Counted from the stretch's first letter, positions 9,295 through 19,517 are shown. The stretch: DNA of 64,000 nt from Desulfosudaceae bacterium (GCA_963674745.2 CAXXDV010000001.1:2400001-2464000), one strand, 5' to 3'. Translations and numbers: made by a program. The notes: generated by a model from the sequence alone, not told the origin.

Positions 9295-10329
9295 ATGGAG
9301 TCCGGCTGTTATACGGCGCTGATAACGCCGTTTATAGATGACAAAGTGGATGCGGAAGGGCTGGAACGGCTTGTCGAATTCCAGATGCTAAACGGTATTT
9401 CCGGAATCGTGGCGGTGGGAACAACCGGTGAAAGCCCGACTCTCGGCTGGGAAGAGCATAACCAGGTAACGGAGCGTATCGCCCGGATGATCAAAGGCAA
9501 AGGCCTGTGTATTGCCGGTACCGGAAGTAATAATACCGCCGAAACCCTGGAGGGGACCGCCCATTCCGTCAAGGCCGGCGCCCAGGCCGTGCTGCTGGTT
9601 GATCCGTACTATAACGGACCCAGTTCGCTCGAGATTAGAAAAGAGTATATTGAACCGGTGGCCCGGGAATTTCCGGACACAACCGTTATCCCTTACGTCG
9701 TGCCGGGCCGGACCGGCGCGCAGATCCTGCCCGAGGACCTGGCCCTGGCCGGCGAGCGCTTTCCTAATGTCTGCGCGGTCAAGGACGCCACGGGAAATCT
9801 GGATAACATGCGGCGGACCCGTCAGTGCTGCGGCGAAAATTTTTCTATTCTGTCCGGGGACGATAACCTGACCTGCCTGATGATGGCCGATCCGTTGATC
9901 CGGGCCGGCGGGGTTATTTCCGTGTATGCCAATATTTTCCCCGGGGCCATGTCGGAGATGGTTACCGCGGCGGCCCGGGATGAACGTGAAGTCGCCGGTC
10001 GCCTGGAAAAACAACTGGGGCCGTTACTGGAACTGGTAACGGTGACCACCACGGAATCAACGCCTCATGGCCCGGTCGCCTGCCGGGCCAGAAATCCCCT
10101 GCCGGTCAAGACCCTGATGGCGGTTCTGGGTATGCCTTCAGGCGGATGCCGCCGGCCGTTGGGCAGAATGACCGCCACCGGTCTGGACAAGCTGTTGACG
10201 GCAGCCAGGGAAATGCTTGCCGAGTCGCCTGAACTGTTTACGCCCATTGCGGATTTCTTCGGGATTGATGTGGAAGCCCGTTTGAATGACCCCGATGCGA
10301 TCAAGCAACTGGTCTACGACGCCTATTAG
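9295..10329 (+). CDS. dapA: 4-hydroxy-tetrahydrodipicolinate synthase
   Basis: TALITPF, GTTGES, GTGSN, PYYN, VKDATG, LSGDD; GGAGG RBS before ATG 9295. Confidence 0.93.
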   Translation: MESGCYTALITPFIDDKVDAEGLERLVEFQMLNGISGIVAVGTTGESPTLGWEEHNQVTERIARMIKGKGLCIAGTGSNNTAETLEGTAHSVKAGAQAVLLVDPYYNGPSSLEIRKEYIEPVAREFPDTTVIPYVVPGRTGAQILPEDLALAGERFPNVCAVKDATGNLDNMRRTRQCCGENFSILSGDDNLTCLMMADPLIRAGGVISVYANIFPGAMSEMVTAAARDEREVAGRLEKQLGPLLELVTVTTTESTPHGPVACRARNPLPVKTLMAVLGMPSGGCRRPLGRMTATGLDKLLTAAREMLAESPELFTPIADFFGIDVEARLNDPDAIKQLVYDAY

Positions 10330-10340
10330 CCATCAAGCCT

Positions 10341-10491
10341 GATGGATTCGTAAAAAGTCAACACTTGGATGGCAAAGTAAAAAGTTCAAGATCAAGGCGC
10401 GCAAATTCTGAGGAATACAGCGTACGCAGAAATACGTGAAATTCCGAAGAATGCAGCGCAACGCAGATATTGAGCTTTTTACGAAGCCATC
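10341..10491. mobile_element. MITE-like element of about 150 bp with terminal inverted repeats
   Basis: GATGGATTCGTAAAAAG...CTTTTTACGAAGCCATC ends, flanked on both sides by AAGCCT; internal partial third end at 10368-10384. Confidence 0.65.
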
Positions 10492-11278
10492 AAGCCTGGG
10501 GCGCGGCTTCGCCTTTAAACAGAATGGATTTGAGCCAGCGGAAACCGAATTTCAGCAGTTCGACTTCATCGTTTTCAATGGCCTGTCGGGTTTTTTCATC
10601 TGGTGGAAATCGTTCCAGGAACGTACTCTCGAATACGAACCGCCGAAAACGATCTATATCGTAAGATACCATGAAAAACATTTTTTTGGCCTCTTCCGTC
10701 AGTTTGATGTTTGAGGGAAATGACCGCTTGCGGACAACCAGATCCGTCCATTCGGCATTAATATCGTCATGAATGTCCACGCCCTGGTCCTTTCGCCAGG
10801 ATGCCACCGTCCATTCGTCAGGCTCTTCAAAACCCCGGCAATGGGGTTCATTGACGAAAAAATAAAATCCGTCCTCATCTGTCGGCAGGTTCCCTTCTTT
10901 GTGACTTAACGAGGCCACGCCCAAAGGATAATAACGACAGGTGGTGGGCCGGTCTTCATATACTATGCAACCGTCTTCGCGGACAAAGGGGCAGGATTGC
11001 CGGTCATCGTCCAGTAACTTCAAGGTAACCACCGGCAGATCGGTTTTTTCCAGAATCTGCGGTTTGGTATAGATGGCCAGAAACTGATCCGAGGGCAGTT
11101 CCAGCCGGTTTTTCAAACGGACAATGTCATAAGGGGTCAGAATGATATTGATCCCCCGGCAGCACTCCGTGAAACAGGAAACGCCTTTATGACACCTGAA
11201 TTGAAACTTATCGTTCAGGCCGAATTTCACCGGCTGAACATTTGCCATTTTACCTGAGTTTTCGTTATGTGTATCCAT
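10490..11278 (-). CDS. YkgJ-family cysteine-cluster (zinc/iron-chelating) protein
   Basis: FRC..CFTECC, CPFV..GCIVYEDRPTTCRYYP motifs. Confidence 0.85.
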   Translation of the reverse strand: MDTHNENSGKMANVQPVKFGLNDKFQFRCHKGVSCFTECCRGINIILTPYDIVRLKNRLELPSDQFLAIYTKPQILEKTDLPVVTLKLLDDDRQSCPFVREDGCIVYEDRPTTCRYYPLGVASLSHKEGNLPTDEDGFYFFVNEPHCRGFEEPDEWTVASWRKDQGVDIHDDINAEWTDLVVRKRSFPSNIKLTEEAKKMFFMVSYDIDRFRRFVFESTFLERFPPDEKTRQAIENDEVELLKFGFRWLKSILFKGEAAPQA

Positions 11279-11454
11279 GGAATATATCTTTCATCCTTAA
11301 TGTTTTTAATTTGTCAAAGCTGATCTTCGGTGCCGGACTGTATCATAATGCGCGGTCAAAAAAAAATATTTTATGGCGCTTGATTTTCCATTTCAGCCGC
11401 TGTAGGTTAGGTTACTTGAAGCATTAACCTTATTTATTGTAATACGGGAATATC

Positions 11455-11907
11455 ATGGAAATGATGACCTGTCGAGAATATTCTGCAGGAAGGCGGTTCG
11501 TGGGCCGGCTGCCCCATGGCGGAGACCTGTCGGAAGCCCTGGAAACCTTTTGTTCCGGCAACAATGTGCGGACGGCCGTTTTTTCCCTGATCGGCGCGGT
11601 TTCAAAGGCGGTCCTGGGCACATATGATCAGTCGCAGCAGGTTTATGCCACGTTTACGACTGAAGGCGACCTGGAGATCCTTTCCTGCACCGGCAATGTT
11701 TCGATAAAAGACGATAAGCCGTTCGTGCACGCGCATGTGATTCTGGCCGAAGAGGGCGGGAAGACAATCGGCGGTCATCTTTTTCCCGGGACAATTATTT
11801 TTGCCGGGGAGGCCCATATCCTGGAACTGATCGGCCCGCCCCTGGCAAGGGAACATGATCCGGTCACCGGCTTGATGCTGTGGGGACCTGAAAATATCAG
11901 GGATTGA
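11455..11907 (+). CDS. PPC/DUF296-domain protein
   Basis: IGAV, LEILSCTGNVS, HAHVIL and GGHL motifs. Confidence 0.85.
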   Translation: MEMMTCREYSAGRRFVGRLPHGGDLSEALETFCSGNNVRTAVFSLIGAVSKAVLGTYDQSQQVYATFTTEGDLEILSCTGNVSIKDDKPFVHAHVILAEEGGKTIGGHLFPGTIIFAGEAHILELIGPPLAREHDPVTGLMLWGPENIRD

Positions 11908-11936
11908 TATGCCCTGATAAGATATACGGAGGAATT

Positions 11937-12998
11937 ATGGCTTTATCCATTACAAAGGCAACAACACTTAAAAGCCATCCCAAAGATGACGGGTTGGCGT
12001 TCGGCAATGTTTTTACGGATCATATGTTCAATATGGACTACAGCCGCAAAGCCGGCTGGCATAATCCCCGGATAGAACCTTATAGCGATTTTGTGCTTTC
12101 GCCGGCGGCCATGGTGTTACATTACGGGCAGGCGATTTTTGAGGGGCTTAAGGCCTATCGTACCGATTCAGGAGCGATTCAGTTGTTCCGGCCCGGGGAG
12201 AATATGCGCCGGTTGAATGCTTCGGCCAGGCGCCTGTGCATTCCCGCTTTTGATGAAACCGAGGTGATGTCATACCTCCTCGAGTTGATCCGGCTGGAAA
12301 AGGCCTGGGTGCCGGCAGCAAATGGAACGTCTCTGTATATTCGCCCGTTTATTATTGCCACTGATCCGTATATCGGCCTGAAAACGTCCGATACCTATCG
12401 TTTTTCCATTATCCTCTGCCCGGTGGGGGCATACTATCCCGAGGGATTTGATCCGGTTAAAATATGGGTTTCGAAAGACTATGTGCGGGCAATCCGCGGC
12501 GGGGTGGGTGATGTCAAGACAGCCGGAAACTACGCGGCCAGTCTCTTTGCCACCGAGGTGGCCCATGAGGAAGGGTTTACCCAGGTGCTGTGGCTGGACG
12601 GCGTAGACCGGAAGTATGTCGAAGAAGTCGGCTCGATGAACATCTTTTTCATGATCGGCGACGAAATCATCACACCGGCCATAAACGGCAGTATTCTGCC
12701 GGGCATTACCCGGGATTCGGTGATTCATCTGGCCCGGTCCTGGGGATATAAGGTGTCCGATCGGCGGATCAGCATTGACGAGCTCATTGCCGCTCATCAG
12801 CAGGGCGAATTAAAAGAAGTCTTCGGTTCCGGTACGGCCGCTGTCATCTCTCCGGTAGGCGTCATGAAATATGGAGATGAGGTGTTCACTATCGGTGACG
12901 GCAATGCCGGTGCTTTTTCACGAAAAATGTTTGATGCCCTGACCGACATCCAGTACGGTCGGGCGCCGGCGCCGGACGGCTGGATTCAGCCGGTTTAG
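11937..12998 (+). CDS. ilvE: Branched-chain amino acid aminotransferase
   Basis: FTDHM, LHYGQAIFEGLKAY, YIRP, KTAGNYA, EEVGSMN, ILPGITR; GGAGG RBS. Confidence 0.95.
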   Translation: MALSITKATTLKSHPKDDGLAFGNVFTDHMFNMDYSRKAGWHNPRIEPYSDFVLSPAAMVLHYGQAIFEGLKAYRTDSGAIQLFRPGENMRRLNASARRLCIPAFDETEVMSYLLELIRLEKAWVPAANGTSLYIRPFIIATDPYIGLKTSDTYRFSIILCPVGAYYPEGFDPVKIWVSKDYVRAIRGGVGDVKTAGNYAASLFATEVAHEEGFTQVLWLDGVDRKYVEEVGSMNIFFMIGDEIITPAINGSILPGITRDSVIHLARSWGYKVSDRRISIDELIAAHQQGELKEVFGSGTAAVISPVGVMKYGDEVFTIGDGNAGAFSRKMFDALTDIQYGRAPAPDGWIQPV

Positions 12999-13000
12999 AA

Positions 13001-13188
13001 AAGGGTTCAAGGATTCGAGGGGCCAAGGGTTTAAGGGGCCGGCTCTGGTCGCCCTTTAGAGCTTCTTTGGGTCTAAACTACGCTTCATAAGCCCATTTTT
13101 TTCTTTTGTTCACGATAGCTTAACCCGTGAGATACAGCTTTTGTGACGCGTCACTTGACCCCTTGACCCCTCGAATCCTTGAACCCTT
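13001..13188. repeat. Inverted arms built from degenerate 8-nt units (GGTTCAAG/GATTCGAG/GGGTCAAG)
   Basis: 13001-13038 is the reverse complement of 13151-13188; between convergent genes; same family at 42375-42453. Confidence 0.75.
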
Positions 13189-14083
13189 AGAAGTCCGGTT
13201 TGTTCGCCACCAGGATATCGATGATTTTCGGGATGTAGTCGTCGGCCTTGTGGGCGGCAAAACTGCATGCCCCGGCGGCCGCATGGCCACCGCCTTCAAA
13301 TCGGGAAAGCATATCCCCGACATTTACATGACAGTTCCGGTTGAAGATACTGTGCCCCGCGCTGACCACGATCATGTCTTTCTTGTCCGAGGCGTATCGG
13401 ATTTTCAGGTTAACGACAGATTCCGGGAAAAGCGAATACACCAGAAAACGGTTGCCGGTGGGCGCTGTTTCAAGCGCCCTGAAATCGGTCACCGAGACGG
13501 GACCGGTCAAGGTGGTGAACTTTTCCAGGTAATTCTTATATTCCCGGTTTAATTGAACGGCCTGCTTGCATTTTTCGGCCACCGCTTCGTCCTTCATGAC
13601 GTCGCTTATACGGTCGTGTTTCCATAACAGATGTACGAGTTTTTCCCAGTAGGGCGCGTCGTTTTTATGATGGCTGATGATGGTCATGGAAAGAATGAGA
13701 TAGGGGTGGTTTTCCGGGGATAACACTTCATCATAGGTCAGGTCGGCAGAATCGATTTTGTCCGCCTGCTCGGCCAGTTCAGTAAAATCCCGGCTGAACT
13801 GTTTCCGGTAATACTCGAAAATCAGGCCGGCCGCGGAAGGGGCAACCCTGTAAAGGCCGTTGAACGGGATGTCGGTGCGGTTTGAGAAATGGTGGTCAAA
13901 CCACATCAGGCAACCCCGGGCGAAGGGCAGATTGGCAATAATATCATCTGCAGCGATGGTTACCATCTGCTTCTGTATTTCGTCCGGTTCAACCCATTTG
14001 ATGCCCCGGTCTATTTCCAGGGCGTCGTATAGTAATGTCGCGCAGGCAATACTGTCAAAATCCGCTCGGGTGACGATTCGCAT
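13187..14083 (-). CDS. DHH-family phosphoesterase (exopolyphosphatase/nanoRNase-like)
   Basis: TRADFD, FDHH and GGGHAAAG motifs. Confidence 0.85.
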   Translation of the reverse strand: MRIVTRADFDSIACATLLYDALEIDRGIKWVEPDEIQKQMVTIAADDIIANLPFARGCLMWFDHHFSNRTDIPFNGLYRVAPSAAGLIFEYYRKQFSRDFTELAEQADKIDSADLTYDEVLSPENHPYLILSMTIISHHKNDAPYWEKLVHLLWKHDRISDVMKDEAVAEKCKQAVQLNREYKNYLEKFTTLTGPVSVTDFRALETAPTGNRFLVYSLFPESVVNLKIRYASDKKDMIVVSAGHSIFNRNCHVNVGDMLSRFEGGGHAAAGACSFAAHKADDYIPKIIDILVANKPDF

Positions 14084-14274
14084 ATTCTTTCCCCCTCCTG
14101 TATGGCATAACGATCACTTCTGCCTGTTTGTATAACAATAATCGGTTGCAGGTTCAATCCACATTTTAAGGGTGTTTCTAAAAATTGCCTTATTTTTAAA
14201 GATTTCCCTTGACAGTTACCCGTCAAAAATTTTAAAAGGCTGAGTCTATAGTAAAATATAAGGAGGTGTGACTT

Positions 14275-14547
14275 ATGCTGTGTACAACAGTCAAGGAAAA
14301 TACAGAATGCCCGTTTATGACGGCAAAAGGCTGTTCTTATAAAGAAGGTGTCTGTCTGCAGGCCGTGGAAGCTTGTGAGGGTTGCAAGCGTCTGGTTGAG
14401 TATCCATCCGGTATTTACTGCTCCGCCTGTCCGGATCCGGCCTTAAAATGGAAAAACGGAAATTGCAATCTGGCCACACACGTGGTTACAGAAGTTGAAG
14501 TCAAGGCCAAAATCAATCCGATTAAAGCCTCAAAACGTCGCGGATAG
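14275..14547 (+). CDS. PxxKW-family small cysteine-rich protein
   Basis: Cys-rich; PALKW..GNCNLATH..KINPIKASKR; AGGAGG RBS. Confidence 0.85.
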   Translation: MLCTTVKENTECPFMTAKGCSYKEGVCLQAVEACEGCKRLVEYPSGIYCSACPDPALKWKNGNCNLATHVVTEVEVKAKINPIKASKRRG

Positions 14548-14566
14548 ACTGTCATTCTAAATAGTT

Positions 14567-14604
14567 GCATTAAAACCGGCCAAGGCCGGTTTTAATGCTT
14601 TTTT
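14567..14604 (+). terminator. Intrinsic terminator
   Basis: GCATTAAAACCGGCC-aa-GGCCGGTTTTAATGC followed by a T tract. Confidence 0.8.
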
Positions 14605-14767
14605 ATTGTCTTTTAACCTCGACATGTTTCTGCCATCCGCATTATACCCCGTTCCAAATCCGAAAATCTCATGAAATATCCGGACTAAAGCTGCCTTTGA
14701 TGATGTTCTGGTAAGATTGTCCTTAACTTATTATTAACGATGCAATAATATTGGACGGCGGAGTGCG

Positions 14768-15898
14768 TTGTTTTATGGTATATTTATAAATGTTCAACCA
14801 CCACCACTAATAGGACTGCTTTTGCCGCCTGCCAGCGAAAATAAAACCATACGGTTTGATCCACGGCCGCCCGGATCTTCGATACCGGGTATCTATATGC
14901 CCCGGGTACAGTTTGGCATTCGCATGCTTCTGGGCATATTGTCGGTAGTTTATTTCTTTGCCCTTCCGACGCCACCGTTTCTTTTAACCCGCCTCGGGGT
15001 GGGGGTGGTCATCGCCTGTTTTTTTATTTTTCATATTGCCTGGTGGTATTATTACCGAATCCGGGGTGCCGGTGACTGGAGTATCCGTCTGGCCGCCCTG
15101 GTCGATGTTCTGGCCGCCTTTACCGGTGTCCTGATCGATCCCTATGAAGTCCCGCCGACCGGGCTACTGGTGATGATAGCTGTGCTGGGAAACGGAATGC
15201 AGCATGGGTTGAAGATTTTTCTCGAGCAGTTTTTAATGATTCTGCTGTTCTGTGTACCGGTCTTTACTATTCGTCAGTTCCTGTTTTTTGGCCCGGCGTC
15301 ATATCAGCTGATTTTTGTTAACCTTTTTATCGCCATATGTATTTATTATGTTTTTCTGCTGCTGAAGCGAATTGAGCTGATGAAGAAAGAGGCGGAATTG
15401 ATGGCGCAGCAGGATCCGTTGACCAGGCTTTACAACCGGAACGCTTTTATTCAGGCGGTGCCCCACCTGCTTTCCCTTCATGAAAGAAAACAGATACCCC
15501 TGGTATTGATGTTCGCGGATCTGGATGACTTTAAACAGGTGAATGATCGGTTGGGGCATGCTTTTGGAGACAAGGTGTTGCGGTTTTTTGCCCGCCTGAC
15601 CGGAGAACTACTGAGAAAATCAGATCTTGTCGCCCGCTATGGAGGGGATGAATTCGTGTTTATGCTGGTCGATATGACGGTCAGTGAAGCCGAACAGGTG
15701 GCCCTTCGCCTGCAACGCGAATTTCTCCAATGGGCGGAAGAGCATGACGTGGGGGTGGGGGTCAGTTTTGGTGTTGCGGCTGTTCCTGAAAAAGATGTCG
15801 GCCTGGAGCGGATGCTCAGGCATGCTGATGAGGCGTTGTATCAGGCCAAAGCCCACAAGGGCGCCCGGAAAATCGTGATCGCGCCGCCTATGGACTGA
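14768..15898 (+). CDS. Membrane-bound diguanylate cyclase (start uncertain, possibly 14897)
   Basis: Several TM helices; DPLTRLYNR, DLDDFK, RxxD I-site (RKSD) and RYGGDEF. Confidence 0.88.
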   Translation: MFYGIFINVQPPPLIGLLLPPASENKTIRFDPRPPGSSIPGIYMPRVQFGIRMLLGILSVVYFFALPTPPFLLTRLGVGVVIACFFIFHIAWWYYYRIRGAGDWSIRLAALVDVLAAFTGVLIDPYEVPPTGLLVMIAVLGNGMQHGLKIFLEQFLMILLFCVPVFTIRQFLFFGPASYQLIFVNLFIAICIYYVFLLLKRIELMKKEAELMAQQDPLTRLYNRNAFIQAVPHLLSLHERKQIPLVLMFADLDDFKQVNDRLGHAFGDKVLRFFARLTGELLRKSDLVARYGGDEFVFMLVDMTVSEAEQVALRLQREFLQWAEEHDVGVGVSFGVAAVPEKDVGLERMLRHADEALYQAKAHKGARKIVIAPPMD

Positions 15899-16038
15899 AT
15901 TTCCCCTCTACCCGTCTGCTTTTTAAAAGTTCGTCATGTTTATTACAAAAAGACTTGAAAATCCGATCAGGAGTATGTTAGTTAATATTTTTTATTAATT
16001 TTGGCCTGATCCGGTTAATATAAATATGAGGTAGGTAG

Positions 16039-16623
16039 ATGATATCAAAAGAAAATGCGAAACTTGCAGTTGGCCTTGCGGGTGTTCTGTTGTTGGTTGG
16101 AATCGTCTGTTATGCGATCGGTGGACCGGAAATAAATTCTGATGATGGGCCGCTCAGGAAGGTCTTTATGGGGTTAGCCGGCGATGTCCTGTTCGATCAT
16201 CAGGCGCATATGGATTACGAGGGGGACTGTTTTGCCTGTCACCACCATGGCAGTGAGGATGAATTCCAGGCTTGTGATACCTGTCATTTGTCCGCGGTCC
16301 CGGCGACGGTCCCGGATGTTTGTAACGATTGCCATTCTTACGATGATGATGATTATATGGCGGATGTCCATTCCGAGCACCATGCCCTTCTAGAGAGCGA
16401 GCCTGACAATTATTCCTGCAAAACCTGTCATCAGGTCGCCGAAGGGGAGTCCATGCCCGCTGTCTGCGAAGACTGCCATGATCCGTCTGAAGTCGAAGAC
16501 CAGGTCAAAATCATGAACTACCAGAAGGCTGACGACGCCATGCATGGCCAGTGCATCGGCTGCCATGAAGATTATGGTGCCGGGCCGGTGGCATGCAATG
16601 AATGCCACGCCCAGAAAAAATGA
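16039..16623 (+). CDS. Acidic heptaheme cytochrome c, Rnf-associated (c3/DhcA-like)
   Basis: N-terminal hydrophobic anchor or signal; seven CxxCH motifs; first gene of the rnf operon. Confidence 0.88.
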   Translation: MISKENAKLAVGLAGVLLLVGIVCYAIGGPEINSDDGPLRKVFMGLAGDVLFDHQAHMDYEGDCFACHHHGSEDEFQACDTCHLSAVPATVPDVCNDCHSYDDDDYMADVHSEHHALLESEPDNYSCKTCHQVAEGESMPAVCEDCHDPSEVEDQVKIMNYQKADDAMHGQCIGCHEDYGAGPVACNECHAQKK

Positions 16624-16672
16624 TAACAGGCGGGTTTAAATAATTAACGCACACGAGGATAAAGGTAAGACG

Positions 16673-17950
16673 ATGATTAAACGATCGTTTTTCGGATTTG
16701 CAAAGCCCAACGTCCAGTATGAACGGGCGGATATTTTCCCGATGCGGCAGGAAATACCGGCCCCGGCGCAGGTGACGTTTTTGGCGGATGTACCTTATGA
16801 ACGGGCGGACCTGTTGACGATTCAGACCGGTGATGCGGTCGGCAGCGGACAGAAGATTCAACCGGTCAACGGCAACCCGGCCTATGTGACCGCTGCAGCC
16901 GGGGGAGTCATATCGTCGATTTCTTCCCACATCGGTAATTTCGGTAAAAAATATACCGCTATTACCATTGACGTGGATAAAGATGCGGTGGTTGATACGC
17001 AACTCCAGGAGGCCGGAAAAGAGCTCACCATGGGTACTATTGCGGACCTTCTGCGATGTGTTCCCGGCGGGCTGCCCGACGGGCTCTTTAATGGTTCGGA
17101 TGCTCTGGATACCATTGTCGTTCAGGGGGCGGATGAAGACCTGCTGGGCATTACCCAACCCTATATTGTCAAGCAGGAGATGTCCTCCCTAAAGCAGGGT
17201 GTTGCTCTTCTGCAGAAAGTTACCGGCGCCAAGCGGGTCGTGCTGACAGTGCCTTTTTCAATGGCTTCCGAAGGCGGTGCTTCCGGCGCTGAGGTCAAAA
17301 CCCTCAGCCCGAAATATCCGGCGGCCAATCCCCGGCTGATTGCCCGGGATTGTCTGGGTATTACCATACCGGCCGGATCAACATGCGAAGCCGCCGGCAT
17401 TTGTTTTATCTCAGCCGAAGCGGTGGCGGCATTGGGCAAGGCTTATGAAACCGGGACGATACCGAATCGTAAAATTATTACCGTGGTCAAAAGAAGCGGA
17501 GAGAAAATGCTTGTTTCCGCTGTTATTGGTACGCCTGCCGGAGATGTTCTGGCAGCCTGCTCCGAAACGCTTAACGCCAATGACCGGTTTGTTTTCGGCG
17601 GTCCCATGACCGGTTCGGCGGCGGTCTCGGAATCCGATCCGGTGGGCGTGGATACGGACATCATTATCGTACAGGATTCTGCCGCCCTTCCGGCAGTAGT
17701 TGACAGGAGCTGCATCAATTGTGGTGAGTGTGTCAGGATGTGTCCCGCCAATGTGCCGGTCAATATTCTGATCCGGTATCTGGCCGCCGGCGAATACAGT
17801 GACGCCGTTGACCAGTGCGATCTGCTTTCCTGCATTGAATGCGGCTTGTGCGCTTTTGTTTGTCCCGTAAATATCCCGATATTTCAGTATATAAAATTAG
17901 GAAAATATGAATTTGCCAGTCTTAACACAGCGGAGGCGGATGATGCATAG
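16673..17950 (+). CDS. rnfC: RnfC-like subunit (divergent; NADH/FMN motifs not recognisable)
   Basis: KYPAA, IGTP, GGPMTG, CINCGECVRMCP and CIECGLCAFVCP; operon position. Confidence 0.85.
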   Translation: MIKRSFFGFAKPNVQYERADIFPMRQEIPAPAQVTFLADVPYERADLLTIQTGDAVGSGQKIQPVNGNPAYVTAAAGGVISSISSHIGNFGKKYTAITIDVDKDAVVDTQLQEAGKELTMGTIADLLRCVPGGLPDGLFNGSDALDTIVVQGADEDLLGITQPYIVKQEMSSLKQGVALLQKVTGAKRVVLTVPFSMASEGGASGAEVKTLSPKYPAANPRLIARDCLGITIPAGSTCEAAGICFISAEAVAALGKAYETGTIPNRKIITVVKRSGEKMLVSAVIGTPAGDVLAACSETLNANDRFVFGGPMTGSAAVSESDPVGVDTDIIIVQDSAALPAVVDRSCINCGECVRMCPANVPVNILIRYLAAGEYSDAVDQCDLLSCIECGLCAFVCPVNIPIFQYIKLGKYEFASLNTAEADDA

Positions 17951-18902
17951 CGAGAAAAAACTTGTTGTTTCACATGCGCCGTTCTGGCATGACGGTGGGT
18001 CTATTTCCGCCAGGCATTATAATATCATGCTGGCGGCATTGATTCCTGTCATTGCCGGGTTTGTGACTTATGGTATTCCCGCGATCGGTGTTGTCGCCCT
18101 TTCGATTTCATGCGCCATTTTATGGGAACTCCTGATGAATAAAGTCATGCAACGGCCGGTTTCAATAGGTGACGGCAACGCGGCTTTAATTGGATTGTTA
18201 TTTGCCATGTTGCTGCCCGCCACCATGCCCTGGTGGGCGGTGGTTATCGGAACCTTTGTCGCGATTGTGATCGCCAAACAGATCTTCGGCGGTCTGGGCG
18301 CCAATCCCTTTAATCCGGCTGTGATCAGTATCGCCATTCTGATGGCAGCATGGCCCCAGTTTTTTAATTTTAATCACATGCTGGCCAATTACGACACCGG
18401 TTTTGCCATGGCTTATCCCCTTGGTCTGGCCAAGTATTTCGGTGCCTCATCGGTGACCGCCTTTACCCCGGGTGCGCTTCTTTTGGGCAAACAGTCCGGG
18501 GGGATCGGAACGACATTCGGCCTGGGGCTGATCATCGGCGGTGTTTACCTGATGCTTCGGGGGTATATCCGATGGGAAGTGGCTGTTTCGTTTTTAGTCG
18601 GTGTGTTTGTAACGGCCTTGTTGTTTAACAGGTTCGGCGGTGAGCAATACGCCGGTCCGGTTGTTCATCTGCTGGCCGGTTACACCCTGGTCGGTGCTTT
18701 TTTTCTGGCAACCGAGGATTCCACCTCTCCGGTAAACTTTGTGCCGATGATCATTTATGGCATCGCCGGTGGTGTGTTGACAGTGCTGATCAGAAACATC
18801 GGGAATTATGTTGACGGTGTCGTTTTTGCAATTTTGATTATCAACCTGGTCAATCCGCTGGTCGATAAAATTCGTCCAAAAGCATTGGGAAGGGCAGCAT
18901 AA
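17943..18902 (+). CDS. rnfD: RnfD membrane subunit
   Basis: SHAPF, KQIFGGLGANPFNPA, GAFFLATE..TSP motifs. Confidence 0.92.
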   Translation: MHSEKKLVVSHAPFWHDGGSISARHYNIMLAALIPVIAGFVTYGIPAIGVVALSISCAILWELLMNKVMQRPVSIGDGNAALIGLLFAMLLPATMPWWAVVIGTFVAIVIAKQIFGGLGANPFNPAVISIAILMAAWPQFFNFNHMLANYDTGFAMAYPLGLAKYFGASSVTAFTPGALLLGKQSGGIGTTFGLGLIIGGVYLMLRGYIRWEVAVSFLVGVFVTALLFNRFGGEQYAGPVVHLLAGYTLVGAFFLATEDSTSPVNFVPMIIYGIAGGVLTVLIRNIGNYVDGVVFAILIINLVNPLVDKIRPKALGRAA

Positions 18903-19489
18903 TGCGCGAATTAATAAAAATGGTGGTGGTGCTGACGGTTTTAACTGCGGTTTCCGGCGGACTTCTGGCCGGCGTGCGGTCAGCCACAAAAGACAAAATC
19001 GAATTTCAGGAACTGACCTTTGTCAAGGGGCCGGTTTTAAAGCAACTTTTTAAAAACGCGTCCAATGACATGATTGCCGACCGGTTTACCCTTGGAGAAG
19101 GCAAAGAGGCGGTCACCTTCTTCCCTGTCGCAGTCGACGGTAAAGTCAAATATGTGGCCCTAAGCGGCAGCGGTGCCGGTTTTGGCGGTGATATCGGACT
19201 GATGGTAGGGGTCGATGTAGAAACCGGAAACATTGCCGGTGTGGGTGTGACCACCCATAGTGAGACCCCGGGTATCGGGTCTCGGGCGAAAAGCGAGCCG
19301 GATCTGGCCAGTCGTTTTAAAGGGCTTCTGGTAGCAGAAACCTTCAAGGTCAAAAAAGACGGCGGTCAGATCGACGCCATTGGCGGTGCCACGGTTACCT
19401 CCCGTGGGGTTTGCGCGGCTGCCACCAATGCCGGTGAAATCTATGCCGGACTGGAATCTGAAATTAAAAGCAAGATACAGAGCTTATAA
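18902..19489 (+). CDS. rnfG: RnfG FMN-binding subunit
   Basis: N-terminal TM; GFGG, HSETPGIGS and DAIGGATVTS. Confidence 0.92.
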   Translation: MRELIKMVVVLTVLTAVSGGLLAGVRSATKDKIEFQELTFVKGPVLKQLFKNASNDMIADRFTLGEGKEAVTFFPVAVDGKVKYVALSGSGAGFGGDIGLMVGVDVETGNIAGVGVTTHSETPGIGSRAKSEPDLASRFKGLLVAETFKVKKDGGQIDAIGGATVTSRGVCAAATNAGEIYAGLESEIKSKIQSL

Positions 19490-19517
19490 AGCATTTTTTT
19501 AATAAGGGAGCTTGAAA

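Noticed and set aside
10436..10714. Short ORFs starting in the MITE-like element or overlapping the octamer repeats (also 13120-13323, 42231-42667)
   Set aside because: They derive from repeat sequence or are antisense to real genes.
7816..14547. RiPP cluster made of YcaO plus the PxxKW peptide
   Set aside because: They are 5 kb apart, on opposite strands and separated by housekeeping genes; no leader/core pattern, protease or exporter.
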